Shown here: positions 28,208-39,025 of the stretch, piece after piece | How the letters are laid out: the number at the start of each line of letters is the position of its first letter | Numbering within the stretch: position 1 is the first letter of the stretch | NCBI GenBank assembly: GCA_965116495.1 | Contig: OZ220696.1 | Span: 4,128,001 to 4,192,000, forward strand | DNA from: Gammaproteobacteria bacterium | Lineage (GTDB): Bacteria; Pseudomonadota; Gammaproteobacteria; Eutrophobiales; Eutrophobiaceae | Direction: 5' to 3' | Length of the DNA: 64,000 bases | The notes under the pieces: generated by a model | Databases searched by the model: none | The model's input: the letters and a program-made list of their open reading frames with translations, nothing else | Told to the model about the DNA's origin: nothing | Program-made: the position numbers and the translations under genes

Positions 28208-30409
28208 ATGATTTTCTTCTCCAACAAAAACCGGCCCTTTCACTACGGTCCCTATCCCCTCGAGAGATTGCCCCGGGATGAATTACTCATCGAGTTTGAA
28301 CGGCAAAGGGGGCAAAAAGCCCGGCCCGCTGCAGGCAACGGCGCGACTTCAAACTATGCCGCCGCGCTGGAGAAATATCACGCTATCTTCAAACAATTCT
28401 GTGAAGGAGCGGTGGCGCCGGCCAGGGCGCCCGTGCCTGATGACCTCGACAGGCGCTCGATTGACGTCAAGGGAGCCGGATATTTTCTTGATGCCGGCCA
28501 GATAGGTATATGCAGGTTGACCGCGTCATGCTGGTACCTGGACTCGACGTCGAAGGATCATAGTCACGGGATAGTCGTACTGGCCGAATACAGCCGCCTG
28601 CCGGAAGCTGACAACCCGGCCCGGCGCTGGCTCGAGGGGTCCATCCATGTCACTGCACAGATGCGCGCTTTTGAAATTGCGGTGGGCATTGCCAACCATA
28701 TACGTGCGATGGGGTTCGATGCGGCAGCCCATGATGATCGGAACGACCAAATTGATATCGACCGGCTGACCGTGCTGGCCGGCCTGGGGGTCCGGGATAA
28801 CGGAGTGGTCGTCAATCCCTACTTGGACACCGACTTCTCGGTCGCTGTGGTGACCACGAATTATGCACTGGCAACGGACAAACCGCTGAAGGCCAAGGCG
28901 AAAAACGGCCGGAACCTGGCGTATTGGCTGGGTATCGGCGGCGCCACGTCCGGCCTGGAGAGATGGCGCCGCGCCAACCGGCAGACCCATCTCAGCAACT
29001 ACCCGATGGAACAGGTAAAGCGCGTGGACAGGCCCACAACACTGATCCTGGACGATGAGGTGCCGCGGGTTCCGAAACGGGCAGGTTTCTTTGAGCGGGC
29101 AATTCACGGCGACCTGGATAAGAAAGCGCAGGTGGAACGCCAGCGTTTTTCCTTCAAACATCCGTTTGCCGCCGCCATGCTGAAACAAATACGCGGCATG
29201 GTGCCGTACCAGGACGGGCTCGTGGCAGAGGCACAGGCAAGCGGCACGAACGATCCGGTGGCCAACACCAGGGCACTCAAGTCATTGTCCTACGCCCTGG
29301 GGTCGGAGATCACCGGGATTTGCGAGATACCGGAGTATACCTGGTATTCACACAAGGAAGACGGCTCGGAGATCAAGCCGTACCATAAATACGCCGTGGT
29401 GTGTCTGATCGACCAGGGCTATGACACCATGGAAGGCGCTTCGGGTGACGATTTCATTTCCGGCGCGCAATCCATGCGCGCCTACATGCGCGGGGCCTTG
29501 ATCGCCGGCATCATGGCCGAGCATTTGCGTTCGCTCGGCCATTCTGCCCGGCCGCAGACCAACGCGGACTCCCACGTGTTGCACATTCCCCTGGTGATGT
29601 GGGCAGGGCTGGGGGAACTCAGCCGTATCGGTGAACTGGTGCTCAACCCGTTTATCGGCCCACGTTTCAAGACCGTCGTCATGACCACCGATCTGCCCCT
29701 GGTCCCCGATAAGCCTGTTGACTTCGGCCTGCAGTATTTCTGCTCCAACTGCCTGAAGTGCGCGCGTGAATGCCCCTGCGATGCCATCCCCTTCGGCGAC
29801 AAGGTGATGTTCAACGGCTACGAGATGTGGAAGCCGGACGTAGAGCGTTGCACGCGTTATCGCCTGACCAACCAACGCGGGCTGGCCTGTGGCCGCTGCA
29901 TGAAGACCTGCCCGCTGAACAAGGTCATCAGCTGGGACGGCCCGCTTGCCACCCAGGCGGCCAGCTGGTGTGGCGTTAATGCTTTCTGGCTGAAACCCTT
30001 GCTGGTGCCGATAGCGGTAAAACTCGATGATATGCTGGGCCACGGCATACGTAATCCTGCCAAGAAATGGTGGCTGGACCTGGAGATAGTGGACGGCGTA
30101 TGCGTGCACCCGCGTAAAGGCGTGAACCAGCGTGACCTGGACGTGGATCGCAAGATTGACGTGCAGAAACATAAAGTCGCGTATTACCACGCCGACATGA
30201 TGCCGCCGCCGAACAGTTCAGGCATTGCCATGATGGTGAAAAGAAAAGACGGGATTGCCGCCGCGGTCAAAGTCGAATCAGTCGAGCAGGCATTGGTCCG
30301 TAAAGCCAAAGGCGGCCCCGCTCCGGAGCACTACATCCCGACGCCTCCCATGGATACCAGCGCATCAGATAAGGAAGATGTGACAGGATTCAATCCGTAT
30401 CATAACTGA
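28208..30409 (+). CDS. rdhA: Catabolic (NpRdhA/BhbA-type) cobalamin and 2x[4Fe-4S] reductive dehalogenase
   Basis: Duplicated B12-domain layout, GASGDDFISGAQSMRAYMRG, AGLGELSRIG, GPRFKT, FCSNCLKCARECP, CGRCMKTCP. No Tat signal and no rdhB. Confidence 0.9.
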   Translation: MIFFSNKNRPFHYGPYPLERLPRDELLIEFERQRGQKARPAAGNGATSNYAAALEKYHAIFKQFCEGAVAPARAPVPDDLDRRSIDVKGAGYFLDAGQIGICRLTASCWYLDSTSKDHSHGIVVLAEYSRLPEADNPARRWLEGSIHVTAQMRAFEIAVGIANHIRAMGFDAAAHDDRNDQIDIDRLTVLAGLGVRDNGVVVNPYLDTDFSVAVVTTNYALATDKPLKAKAKNGRNLAYWLGIGGATSGLERWRRANRQTHLSNYPMEQVKRVDRPTTLILDDEVPRVPKRAGFFERAIHGDLDKKAQVERQRFSFKHPFAAAMLKQIRGMVPYQDGLVAEAQASGTNDPVANTRALKSLSYALGSEITGICEIPEYTWYSHKEDGSEIKPYHKYAVVCLIDQGYDTMEGASGDDFISGAQSMRAYMRGALIAGIMAEHLRSLGHSARPQTNADSHVLHIPLVMWAGLGELSRIGELVLNPFIGPRFKTVVMTTDLPLVPDKPVDFGLQYFCSNCLKCARECPCDAIPFGDKVMFNGYEMWKPDVERCTRYRLTNQRGLACGRCMKTCPLNKVISWDGPLATQAASWCGVNAFWLKPLLVPIAVKLDDMLGHGIRNPAKKWWLDLEIVDGVCVHPRKGVNQRDLDVDRKIDVQKHKVAYYHADMMPPPNSSGIAMMVKRKDGIAAAVKVESVEQALVRKAKGGPAPEHYIPTPPMDTSASDKEDVTGFNPYHN

Positions 30410-30415
30410 CCAAGT

Positions 30416-30574
30416 CCGTCATTCCGGCGCAGGCCGAGTAGTGGCGCATGGATGCGCCGTCAACGGAGCGTAGGATGCAAATCCAGTAAAACAATGTGTC
30501 GCCTCCGACGACTCCCGGCAGTACTGGGTTCCGGTCCCGACTTTTGCCGGGATAAACTTCTGCAGCAATGACGG
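30416..30574. repeat. 72-bp repeat copy 2 plus degenerate inverted partner
   Basis: 30416-30487 is 69/72 identical to rc(1025-1096). Closed by CTGGGTTCCGG...AATGACGG. Confidence 0.85.
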
Positions 30575-30585
30575 ATTGGTAAGAA

Positions 30586-30627
30586 ATGATACAAAAAATT
30601 TGACATTCACGAATATTTTTGTATCAT
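30586..30627 (+). promoter_or_regulatory. PaaX operator overlapping the sigma70 promoter of paaA
   Basis: GATACA-N26-TGTATC inverted repeat (30588-30625), the PaaX-box layout known from Pseudomonas. TTGACA(30599)-N17-TATCAT overlaps it. Confidence 0.85.
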
Positions 30628-30658
30628 TATATCAATGGTGATGTACAGGTAGATACAG

Positions 30659-31609
30659 ATGACCGATTCAACTACGCTACCGGAAATATTTCAGGGGCGG
30701 ATAGATGCCGAGGAGAAAATCGAGCCCCGGGACTGGATGCCGGACGCCTACCGGCAAACCCTGGTCAGGCAGATTTCGCAACATGCCCATTCCGAGATAG
30801 TCGGCCAGTTGCCGGAAGGGAACTGGATCTCGCGGGCGCCGTCGCTGCGGCGCAAGGCGATCCTGCTGGCCAAGGTACAGGATGAAGCCGGCCATGGCCT
30901 GTATTTATACAGCGCGGCGGAGACTCTGGGTATCTCCAGGGAGCAGATGCTTGAGCAACTGCACTCCGGTAAGGCAAAGTATTCCAGCATTTTCAATTAT
31001 CCGACCCTGACCTGGGCGGATATAGGCGCAATCGGTTGGCTGGTGGATTCGGCTGCCATCATCAACCAGATTCCATTGTGCCGTTGTTCTTACGGGCCGT
31101 ATGCCCGGGCCATGGTGCGGATATGCAAGGAAGAGAGCTTTCACCAGCGCCAGGGATATGAACTGCTGATGACGCTGTGCCAGGGATCCGAGGAGCAAAA
31201 GGCAATGGCGCAGGATGCGATAAACCGGTGGTGGTGGCCGTCGGTGATGATGTTCGGACCCAGTGATGCGAATTCCAGACATTCCGCCCAGTCCATGCAA
31301 TGGAAAATCAAGCGTAACAGCAACGATGAACTGCGCCAGAAATTCGTGGATCAATCCGTTCCTCAGGCCGAGTACCTGGGCCTGACGCTGCCCGACCCGG
31401 ACCTGAAGTGGAATGAAGCGCGCGGGCATTACGATTTCGGGGAAATAGACTGGGACGAATTCTACCAGGTCGTCGGCGGCAACGGTCCCTGTAACCACGA
31501 ACGCATCAGCGCACGCATCAAGGCCCACGAAGACGGCGCCTGGGTGCGGGAGGCGGCACTGGCCTATGCGGACAAGCAACGGCAGCGGGCCCGGAAGGCT
31601 GCTGCCTGA
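30659..31609 (+). CDS. paaA: Phenylacetyl-CoA epoxidase catalytic subunit A
   Basis: [32 protein letters not shown]. Confidence 0.97.
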   Translation: MTDSTTLPEIFQGRIDAEEKIEPRDWMPDAYRQTLVRQISQHAHSEIVGQLPEGNWISRAPSLRRKAILLAKVQDEAGHGLYLYSAAETLGISREQMLEQLHSGKAKYSSIFNYPTLTWADIGAIGWLVDSAAIINQIPLCRCSYGPYARAMVRICKEESFHQRQGYELLMTLCQGSEEQKAMAQDAINRWWWPSVMMFGPSDANSRHSAQSMQWKIKRNSNDELRQKFVDQSVPQAEYLGLTLPDPDLKWNEARGHYDFGEIDWDEFYQVVGGNGPCNHERISARIKAHEDGAWVREAALAYADKQRQRARKAAA

Positions 31610-31653
31610 GATGCCGCCTTGCAAAATTGTCTGACAGCCGTAAGGAATAGATT

Positions 31654-31947
31654 ATGACGGATAAAACCGGGCGTTTGCCCCTATGGGAAGTATTCATCCG
31701 CAGCAAGCGGGGGCTGGACCACAAACATGCCGGCAGCATTCATGCAGCCGATGGTGAGCAGGCCCTGCAATACGCCCGGGACACCTATACCCGCCGCAAT
31801 GAGGGCTGCAGTATCTGGGTAGTGAAGTCGGCGGATATCATAGCCAGCCAGTTCGAGGACAACGACAGTCTTTTTGATCCTGCGATCGACAAGATGATCT
31901 ATCGCCATCCGACCTTCTACGACGTGCCTGAGGACCTCAAACTGTGA
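31654..31947 (+). CDS. paaB: Phenylacetyl-CoA epoxidase subunit B
   Basis: WEVFIRSKRGLDHKH, YTRRNEG, YRHPTFY. Confidence 0.97.
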   Translation: MTDKTGRLPLWEVFIRSKRGLDHKHAGSIHAADGEQALQYARDTYTRRNEGCSIWVVKSADIIASQFEDNDSLFDPAIDKMIYRHPTFYDVPEDLKL

Positions 31948-31959
31948 ACCAGGACCAGG

Positions 31960-31990
31960 ACAGGGGACGGATTTCAAATCCGTCCCCTGT
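31960..31990. repeat. REP-like palindrome inside the paa operon
   Basis: ACAGGGGACGGATTT-C-AAATCCGTCCCCTGT. Confidence 0.8.
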
Positions 31991-32017
31991 TTTGCCGAGG
32001 GGAGCCGAGGTGATACG

Positions 32018-32785
32018 GTGAGTGGTGAAACTGCACGACAGGAGTTATTCCAGTACATCATCAGGCTTGGGGATAACGCCTTGATTAACGGCCAGCGCCT
32101 GGCTGAATGGTGTGGTCACGGACCGTTTGTGGAAGAAGATATCGCCATGACCAATATCGCGCTGGACCTGGTCGGGCGCGCCCGCATGCTGCTGACTTAC
32201 GCCGGTGAGGTGGAGGGCGAGGGCAGGACGGAAGATGACCTGGCTTATTTTCGCACTGGACGGGAATTCCGGAATTTTCAAATCATGGAATTACCGGCGG
32301 GTGATTTTGCCTTCACCACGGCCAGGCAGTTCTTCGTTGATGCGTATGATTATTTCTACTACCAGGCATTGCAGTACTCCGTTGATTCCACCCTGGCCGG
32401 CATCGCGGCAAAAACCCTGAAGGAATGTGATTACCACCTGCGTCACAGCGGCGAATGGATGATTCGTCTTGGTGATGGAACCGAAGAGAGTCATGCAAAA
32501 ATCAGCGCGGCCGTGGCCGAGTTGATGCCGTTCACTTACGAGTTGTTCGACGCGGACGGGATCGACCGGGCCATGCAGGCGAATCAAATCGGCGTGGACC
32601 TGAAAAGCGTCGAAGCGTTGTGGAATGAAAAAGTGAACAACGTACTCAATGAGGCTACGCTGGAACGGCCGGAACTGACGTATACCCGCAGCGGGGGAAG
32701 ACAGGGCCTGCATTCGGAACATATCGGCTATCTACTGGCTGAGATGCAGTCCCTGCAAAGAGCCATGCCAGGTCAGGATTGGTAA
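32018..32785 (+). CDS. paaC: Phenylacetyl-CoA epoxidase subunit C
   Basis: LGDNALINGQRLAEWCGHGP, IRLGDGTEES, HSEHIGYLLAEMQ. Confidence 0.96.
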   Translation: MSGETARQELFQYIIRLGDNALINGQRLAEWCGHGPFVEEDIAMTNIALDLVGRARMLLTYAGEVEGEGRTEDDLAYFRTGREFRNFQIMELPAGDFAFTTARQFFVDAYDYFYYQALQYSVDSTLAGIAAKTLKECDYHLRHSGEWMIRLGDGTEESHAKISAAVAELMPFTYELFDADGIDRAMQANQIGVDLKSVEALWNEKVNNVLNEATLERPELTYTRSGGRQGLHSEHIGYLLAEMQSLQRAMPGQDW

Positions 32786-32810
32786 CGCAGTATCCGTTCC
32801 CACTACCGCT

Positions 32811-33341
32811 ATGACAGCTATTCATATGTCAGCCACCTGCTCATCGGATAACTACCCGGACCGCGTTATCGACGAGATTAGAGTTCTTCTTGAACAGGTT
32901 GCCGATCCCGAAATACCTGTTTTAACCATCGCCGACCTGGGTATATTGCAGGGCGTGTACCGGCATGAAGGCAGGGTACGGGTCGTGATCACGCCTACCT
33001 ACAGCGGTTGTCCGGCGATGCAGACTATTGAGCAGGATATCAGGACCGTTTTAACGGAAAACGGCTATGAAAACGTTGAGGTGGCAACACGGATCTCGCC
33101 GCCATGGACGACGGACTGGATGAGTGAAGCGGGCAGGGAAAAACTGTTGCAATACGGTATTGTCCCCCCGGCGGGTTCGGCTGACAAACAAAGTTTGCGT
33201 ATGCCGGATACGGGTGTGGCTTGCCCGCGCTGCCGGTCCGCCGCTACGGAAGAAATCAGCCGTTTCGGTTCAACTCCCTGCAAGGCCTTGTACAGGTGTA
33301 ACGATTGTCTGGAACCCTTCGACTATTTCAAATGCATATAA
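32811..33341 (+). CDS. paaD: Phenylacetyl-CoA epoxidase subunit D (Fe-S maturation)
   Basis: DPEIPVL, TPTYSGCPAM, WTTDW, FGSTPCKA, EPFDYFKCI. Confidence 0.96.
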   Translation: MTAIHMSATCSSDNYPDRVIDEIRVLLEQVADPEIPVLTIADLGILQGVYRHEGRVRVVITPTYSGCPAMQTIEQDIRTVLTENGYENVEVATRISPPWTTDWMSEAGREKLLQYGIVPPAGSADKQSLRMPDTGVACPRCRSAATEEISRFGSTPCKALYRCNDCLEPFDYFKCI

Positions 33342-33348
33342 CACATTT

Positions 33349-33421
33349 TATCCGCCGATGACGCACATGATCGCAGATGAAGACATCTTTTTTCCTGTTT
33401 TATCTGTGTACATCTGTGGAT
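33349..33421. repeat. Degenerate CAGATG/CATCTG palindromic repeat
   Basis: TATCCGCCGATGACGCAC...GCAGATG paired with ATCTGTGTACATCTGTGGATA. Confidence 0.5.
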
Positions 33422-33442
33422 ACGGATTGATTCTTATCGAAA

Positions 33443-34525
33443 ATGCCGGAATTTCATCCTTTAACCATCGGCGCCATCAGCAAAGAGACGGATAACGCAG
33501 TTTGCCTGACGTTCGACGTACCTGCCGGCCTGTCCGAAACCTACCGGTTTACCCAGGGCCAGTACCTGACCCTGAAGGCCGAGATCGATGGCGCCGAAGT
33601 CAGACGTTCCTATTCCATTTGTTCCGGTGTCGATGACGGGGCCCTGCGGGTTGCCGTGAAAAAAATAACCGGCGGCGTGTTTTCCACGTTCGCCAACGAG
33701 AAGTTAAACAAAGGCGACGTGATGGAAGTCATGCCGCCCCAGGGGACCTTTTTCACGCCATTACACGAGGAAAATGCACACAATTACCTGTGTATAGCAG
33801 CCGGCAGCGGCATTACACCCATTATCTCCATTATCAAGACCATATTGAAACGCGAGCCGCAAAGCCGGGTTACCTTGTTGTACGGTAACCAGCGGGTGGC
33901 GACGATCATGTTCAGGGAAGAACTGGAAGCGTCAAAAAACCGCTACATGGACCGCTTCCAGTGGATCAATATCCTCAGCAGGGAACGCCAGGACGTGGAA
34001 ATCCTGAACGGCCGGATCAACAACAGAAAAGGCGCTGAACTGATCCGGCACCTGCTTGACCTGCGCGCCATTGACGAGTTTTTCCTGTGCGGTCCCGAGG
34101 CGATGATATCGGAAGTTTCCCGGGGACTACGCTCCGAGGGTATTGACGAGCGTAACATCCATTACGAACTGTTTGCCGAATCAGCCGAAGCAGCCGCGAC
34201 AAGAGTGGCAAAACACCATGAACGGGCGATTAAACTGGGGGGCATGGTGGCGCAGGTCAGCGTCAATGCCGATGGCCGTGAAACCCGGTTTGAATTGAGC
34301 GCTGACGGCCAGAACATTCTCGACGGCGCCCTGGATAACGGCGTTGACCTGCCGTTTGCCTGTAAAGGCGGCGTTTGCGCAACCTGCAAGGCAAAACTGC
34401 TGGAAGGGGAAGTGGATATGGACATCAACCACGCCCTGGAGGCTGACGAACTAGCGGCGGGTTATATACTCACCTGCCAGGCACACCCGGTTTCGGACCG
34501 GGTCGTCGTCGATTTCGATGAATAA
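33443..34525 (+). CDS. paaE: Phenylacetyl-CoA epoxidase reductase subunit E
   Basis: RRSYSICS, AGSGITP, CGP, C-terminal 2Fe-2S ACKGGVCATC. Confidence 0.96.
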   Translation: MPEFHPLTIGAISKETDNAVCLTFDVPAGLSETYRFTQGQYLTLKAEIDGAEVRRSYSICSGVDDGALRVAVKKITGGVFSTFANEKLNKGDVMEVMPPQGTFFTPLHEENAHNYLCIAAGSGITPIISIIKTILKREPQSRVTLLYGNQRVATIMFREELEASKNRYMDRFQWINILSRERQDVEILNGRINNRKGAELIRHLLDLRAIDEFFLCGPEAMISEVSRGLRSEGIDERNIHYELFAESAEAAATRVAKHHERAIKLGGMVAQVSVNADGRETRFELSADGQNILDGALDNGVDLPFACKGGVCATCKAKLLEGEVDMDINHALEADELAAGYILTCQAHPVSDRVVVDFDE

Positions 34526-34531
34526 CAGACA

Positions 34532-35449
34532 ATGAAGCAGGTCAGCAGGCTGCTGGCGGAGTTTGCCTCCCGTAAACCCATACGCACAGGCTCGCTGATC
34601 ATCAGTATTTTCGGTGATGCGGTTTCTCCCCACAGCAGCGCCGTCTGGCTGGGCAGTCTGATCAAGGTGCTGGAACCGTTCGGATTAAACCAGAGGCAGA
34701 TTCGCACGGCGGTGTTCAGGCTGGTGCAGGAGGACTGGCTGGTTGCCAGGCAGATGGGCAGGCGCAGTTATTACAGCTTTACCGGGGCGGGCCAGAGGCA
34801 TTACGAAAAGGCCGCGCGCAGGATTTACCATGCCAAGCGGGAGCTCTGGGACAGAAAGTGGACCCTGGTACTGCCGACTTCGTGCGACAACCGGGAAAAG
34901 GACCTGTTGCGCAGGGAGTTATCCTGGCTCGGTTATGGCGCGTTGACCCCGGGCATGCTGGGGCATCCTTCTGCTGACCGGCAATCGCTTGATGAAACCC
35001 TGCTGGAACTGAAACTTACGGACAAGGTGGTTGTATTAATCGCCAGTACCGAGGACGTTGCCTCTCGCGAAGTATTGAGGAAGCTATGCCAAGACTGCTG
35101 GGGCCTTGCCGGGATTGAGAAAAGATACAACCATTTTATCCAGCGTTACGGCGCGATATACCGGGCACTGAGGAAGGCGAAGCAGCGGGATGACGAGCAG
35201 TGTTTCCAGGTCCGTACCCTGCTCATCCATGAGTACCGGCGCATACTGTTGCAGGATTCCGATCTTCCCGAAGAACTCCTGCCGCCGAACTGGCCGGGCG
35301 CCTCGGCATATAACCTGACAAAGAAGATATACCATGCCGTGCAGCAAGGCTCGGTTGACTACCTGATGAGGAACATGGAAACAGTCGAAGGAGGACTGGA
35401 CGGACCCGGCAGGAGTTTTTATTCGAGGTTTGACGGCGCCGCAGTATAA
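34532..35449 (+). CDS. paaX: Phenylacetate catabolism repressor
   Basis: SLIISIFGD, RTAVFRL, RTLLIHEYRRILLQD, LLPPNWPG. Confidence 0.95.
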   Translation: MKQVSRLLAEFASRKPIRTGSLIISIFGDAVSPHSSAVWLGSLIKVLEPFGLNQRQIRTAVFRLVQEDWLVARQMGRRSYYSFTGAGQRHYEKAARRIYHAKRELWDRKWTLVLPTSCDNREKDLLRRELSWLGYGALTPGMLGHPSADRQSLDETLLELKLTDKVVVLIASTEDVASREVLRKLCQDCWGLAGIEKRYNHFIQRYGAIYRALRKAKQRDDEQCFQVRTLLIHEYRRILLQDSDLPEELLPPNWPGASAYNLTKKIYHAVQQGSVDYLMRNMETVEGGLDGPGRSFYSRFDGAAV

Positions 35450-35617
35450 TATCCGCCTTGTTACAGGATATTCGGGTAAAACAAACGAAAACCTGCCAGG
35501 GAGAGTACATATTACCCTTTGTAACCGTTTACATTACCCCGCGCCTCTGTATATTCTAAGGAAAACCGTCTATGTTATCTGCGTATAAAAAGTAAAAAAC
35601 GAGTGAGGAAGAAAGAG

Positions 35618-37243
35618 ATGTTAGGTCTGATGATGGACAGGCAGTTGACCATTACCTCAATAATGGAGCACGCCGACAGGTACCATCCCGACACGGAGAT
35701 TGTCTCCGTCACCAATGACACTCCCAGGCACAGGTACACGTATGCAGAGGCATTCCGCAGGACCCGGCGCCTGGCGAACGCCTTGATCGACTACGGTATA
35801 GGGGCCGGGGAGCGTGTCGCTACCCTTGCCTGGAACGATTACCGCCACTTTGAGTTATATTACGCCATTGCGGGGATCGGGGCCGTCACGCACACGGTCA
35901 ACCCGCGCCTGTTCCCTGATCAGATCAGCTATATCATTAACCATGCAGAAGACAGGCTGGTCTTCGTTGATCCGCTTATCCTGCCGGTGCTGGAGAAAAT
36001 CAGTGATGACCTGTCCGGCGTTGAAGCCTATATTGTTTTAACGGATGAAGAAAACATGCCGGATACGGACCTGTGCAACGCACAGTCCTATGAAGGCTTC
36101 ATCGGCCGCCATGCGGACCGGATCGACTGGCCTGAACTGGATGAGAAGACCGCGTGTTGCCTGTGCTATACGTCCGGGACGACCGGCAATCCCAAGGGCG
36201 TTCTGTACCATCATCGCTCAATGGTGTTACATACACTGGTCGGCATCTCTCCGGACGGACTCAACCTGTCTGTACGGGACGTGGTCATGCCGGTCGTGCC
36301 CATGTTCCATGTCAACGCCTGGGGCCTGGCTTACGGGGCGCCGGCAGTGGGAACGAAACTGGTCTTTCCCGGCCCAAAGATGGGGGACGGGGCGACCCTG
36401 CAGGCGTTGATTGAAGAAGAGGAGGTCACTTATTCTGCCGGGGTGCCCACGGTATGGCTGAACCTGTTGAAGTATCTTGCGGAATCCGGCAAGGAGGTCA
36501 GCACACTGAAACGGGTGATCATCGGCGGATCGGCATGCCCCCGTTCGATCATGGAGGAGTTTGAAGATCGCCATGGGGTTTACGTCAACCATGCCTGGGG
36601 TATGACGGAGATGAGCCCCCTGGGGACGATCAATACCCTGAAACCGGGGATGCTGGAACTGCCGCGGGAAGAGCAATATGCCGTAAGAATGAAGCAGGGG
36701 CGCCCGCTTTACGGCGTCGAGATGAAGATTGTCGATGATGACGGCAATGAGCTGCCCAGGGACGGACAGGCGACAGGGCTTCTCAAGGTACGCGGGCCGT
36801 TTATCTGCAGCGAATACTACCGGGAGGATACCCCGAGTGACGTACACAATGATGACGGCTGGTTCAGTACGGGAGACGTAGGGTCCATAGACGCCGAAGG
36901 TTACCTGCAGATTACCGACAGGTCCAAGGATGTCATCAAGTCCGGGGGTGAGTGGATCAGTTCCATCGACCTGGAAAACGCGGCGGTAGGCCATCCCGAC
37001 GTCGCCGAGGCTGCAGTGATCGGGGTGCCGCACCCGAGGTGGGGGGAGCGCCCATTGCTGATCCTGGTCAGGAAAGAGGGCGGGGATGCGGGCAAGCAGG
37101 AAGTCCTGGACTGGCTCAAGGACAGGGTGGCAAAATGGTGGGTGCCCGATGATGTGGTCTATGTTGACGAGATCCCGCACACGGCGACGGGAAAGATACA
37201 GAAAACCGAACTGCGCAAACGCTTCAAGGACTATGTGATTTAA
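35618..37243 (+). CDS. AlkK/DmdB-family medium-chain acyl-CoA ligase
   Basis: [48 protein letters not shown]. Confidence 0.9.
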   Translation: MLGLMMDRQLTITSIMEHADRYHPDTEIVSVTNDTPRHRYTYAEAFRRTRRLANALIDYGIGAGERVATLAWNDYRHFELYYAIAGIGAVTHTVNPRLFPDQISYIINHAEDRLVFVDPLILPVLEKISDDLSGVEAYIVLTDEENMPDTDLCNAQSYEGFIGRHADRIDWPELDEKTACCLCYTSGTTGNPKGVLYHHRSMVLHTLVGISPDGLNLSVRDVVMPVVPMFHVNAWGLAYGAPAVGTKLVFPGPKMGDGATLQALIEEEEVTYSAGVPTVWLNLLKYLAESGKEVSTLKRVIIGGSACPRSIMEEFEDRHGVYVNHAWGMTEMSPLGTINTLKPGMLELPREEQYAVRMKQGRPLYGVEMKIVDDDGNELPRDGQATGLLKVRGPFICSEYYREDTPSDVHNDDGWFSTGDVGSIDAEGYLQITDRSKDVIKSGGEWISSIDLENAAVGHPDVAEAAVIGVPHPRWGERPLLILVRKEGGDAGKQEVLDWLKDRVAKWWVPDDVVYVDEIPHTATGKIQKTELRKRFKDYVI

Positions 37244-37331
37244 CATGGATTCACAGGATATTATAGTGATTGGTTCAATCACTTGACCGGGATATCCGGG
37301 GTCAGGCAATATTAATCGTGTTACCAATCTG

Positions 37332-38591
37332 ATGAACAGCAAACGAGAAGCGCGGCACCATACGTTGCCCGCAACCAGTGAAACCATACACTGGGGTTAT
37401 TTCAGCAAGAACGTCGAGCCTGCACTGACCGTCATGTCGGGCGACTTCATTACTGTCGAAACGCTGAGCCACCATGCCAATGATGATGCCTCGTTGATGG
37501 TGGATGGCGATCCGGGCGCCGAGAGTGTATTCCGCTGGACCAGGGACGGCAAGGGCGTTGACCGCCGCGGCGCCGGACCTGTGGATGCGTCGCAGTTCGG
37601 CCGCGGCTCTGGAGAAGGCCTGGGCGTGCATATCCTGACCGGGCCCATTTATATCGAGGAAGCGGAGCCCGGCGATATCGTGGAAGTCCGCATTCTCGAC
37701 CTCAGGCCCCGTCCCAGCGCCAATCCCGATCACCCGGGTAAGGCCTTCGGCAGTAATGCCGCAGCCTGGTGGGGCTATCATTACCAGGATCTGATCACCG
37801 AACCCAGGCCGCGCGAAGTCGTCACCATCTATGAAATTGACGTAACCGGCGAGCGCACCTGGGCCAGGGCGCTGTATAACTACCGCTGGGTGCCGCAGAC
37901 CGACCCGTACGGTGTGGAACACGCTACCATCGATTACCCCGGTGTGCCGGTCAACCATGACACGGTTGACAAAAATAACTCGATTTTGCCCGGCGTGCGG
38001 GTACCGATCCGCCCCCATTTCGGCACCATGGGGCTGGCGCCCGTGGAGGCTGATTTCGTCAATACCATACCGCCCGGCTATTTCGGCGGCAACATCGATA
38101 ACTGGCGCATCGGCAAGGGCGGCACCATGTATTACCCGGTGGCGGTGCCGGGAGGTCTGCTGAGCGCCGGCGACCCGCACGCGGCCCAGGGCGATTCCGA
38201 ACTGGCCGGTACGGCGATTGAAACCTCGCTGACCGGCGTCATCCAGGTCATCCTGCATAAACAGGACGCGCTGGCCGGCACCGTGTTACAGGGACTGGAC
38301 TACCCGTTGCTGGAAACCGATTCGGAGTACGTCGTGCACGGTTTCAGCTATGCCAACTACCTGGCCGAGCTTGGCGAAGACGCGCAGAGCGAGATAAACA
38401 ACAAGTCGTCGGTTGACAACGCCATGCGCGATGCGTTCCGGAAAATGCGCAAATTCCTGATGAATGCCAAGGGGTTCAGCGAAGACGAGGCCATCACCCT
38501 GATGTCGGTGGCGGCCGACTTCGGCGTAACCCAGGTGGTTGACGGCAACTGGGGCGTGCATGGTATTATCCCTAAAGGGATTTTTCCTTAA
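37332..38591 (+). CDS. Acetamidase/formamidase-family protein
   Basis: HWGYF, HILTGP, GGNIDN, GDPHAAQGDSEL, TQVVDG. Confidence 0.92.
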   Translation: MNSKREARHHTLPATSETIHWGYFSKNVEPALTVMSGDFITVETLSHHANDDASLMVDGDPGAESVFRWTRDGKGVDRRGAGPVDASQFGRGSGEGLGVHILTGPIYIEEAEPGDIVEVRILDLRPRPSANPDHPGKAFGSNAAAWWGYHYQDLITEPRPREVVTIYEIDVTGERTWARALYNYRWVPQTDPYGVEHATIDYPGVPVNHDTVDKNNSILPGVRVPIRPHFGTMGLAPVEADFVNTIPPGYFGGNIDNWRIGKGGTMYYPVAVPGGLLSAGDPHAAQGDSELAGTAIETSLTGVIQVILHKQDALAGTVLQGLDYPLLETDSEYVVHGFSYANYLAELGEDAQSEINNKSSVDNAMRDAFRKMRKFLMNAKGFSEDEAITLMSVAADFGVTQVVDGNWGVHGIIPKGIFP

Positions 38592-38654
38592 ACGGAACCA
38601 GGCAAGGTCGCCGGCGAAAATGACTGCTGTCTTGAATGATTAAGTCAGGGGGGA

Positions 38655-39017
38655 ATGATGCTGGATACAAATGTACTGAATGACCTGGTCGGCTGTTATC
38701 TTGTCCTGGCCATTGGTTATAATCTTCTCAGTCTTATCCTGTATGATGTGAAGGGGCAGGCGCTCACTTCCAATAAGCCGGTCCAGGCCATCGTCCTGGT
38801 GGCGCTTCTCTACATGATTTACGTGAGCGAAGCCGCGCTGGGCAGCGGCGCCTGGATGTTTCTGATGGTCGTGTTCCTGCTGCTGATCCTGCGCTTCGGC
38901 ATTTACCAGCACCTGGCAGGTTACGATGAAAACAAGTATTTCTCCCGTAGCGCATGGGTGGCAGCCGTTGCGATCAATGTCTTTGGCGTCGCCGTCCTGA
39001 CGTTGTCCCTGTTTTAA
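38655..39017 (+). CDS. Small 4-TM hypothetical membrane protein
   Basis: Four hydrophobic segments, G-rich SD, co-oriented with the amidase. Confidence 0.7.
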   Translation: MMLDTNVLNDLVGCYLVLAIGYNLLSLILYDVKGQALTSNKPVQAIVLVALLYMIYVSEAALGSGAWMFLMVVFLLLILRFGIYQHLAGYDENKYFSRSAWVAAVAINVFGVAVLTLSLF

Positions 39018-39025
39018 CCCGGGTA

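Noticed and set aside
28208-30409. Respiratory RdhA or epoxyqueuosine reductase QueG
   Set aside because: No Tat signal or rdhB; the size and duplicated N-terminal domain fit the catabolic class
35520-35533. LacI-like palindrome TGTAACCGTTTACA upstream of the CoA ligase
   Set aside because: Single imperfect site with no cognate regulator in the window
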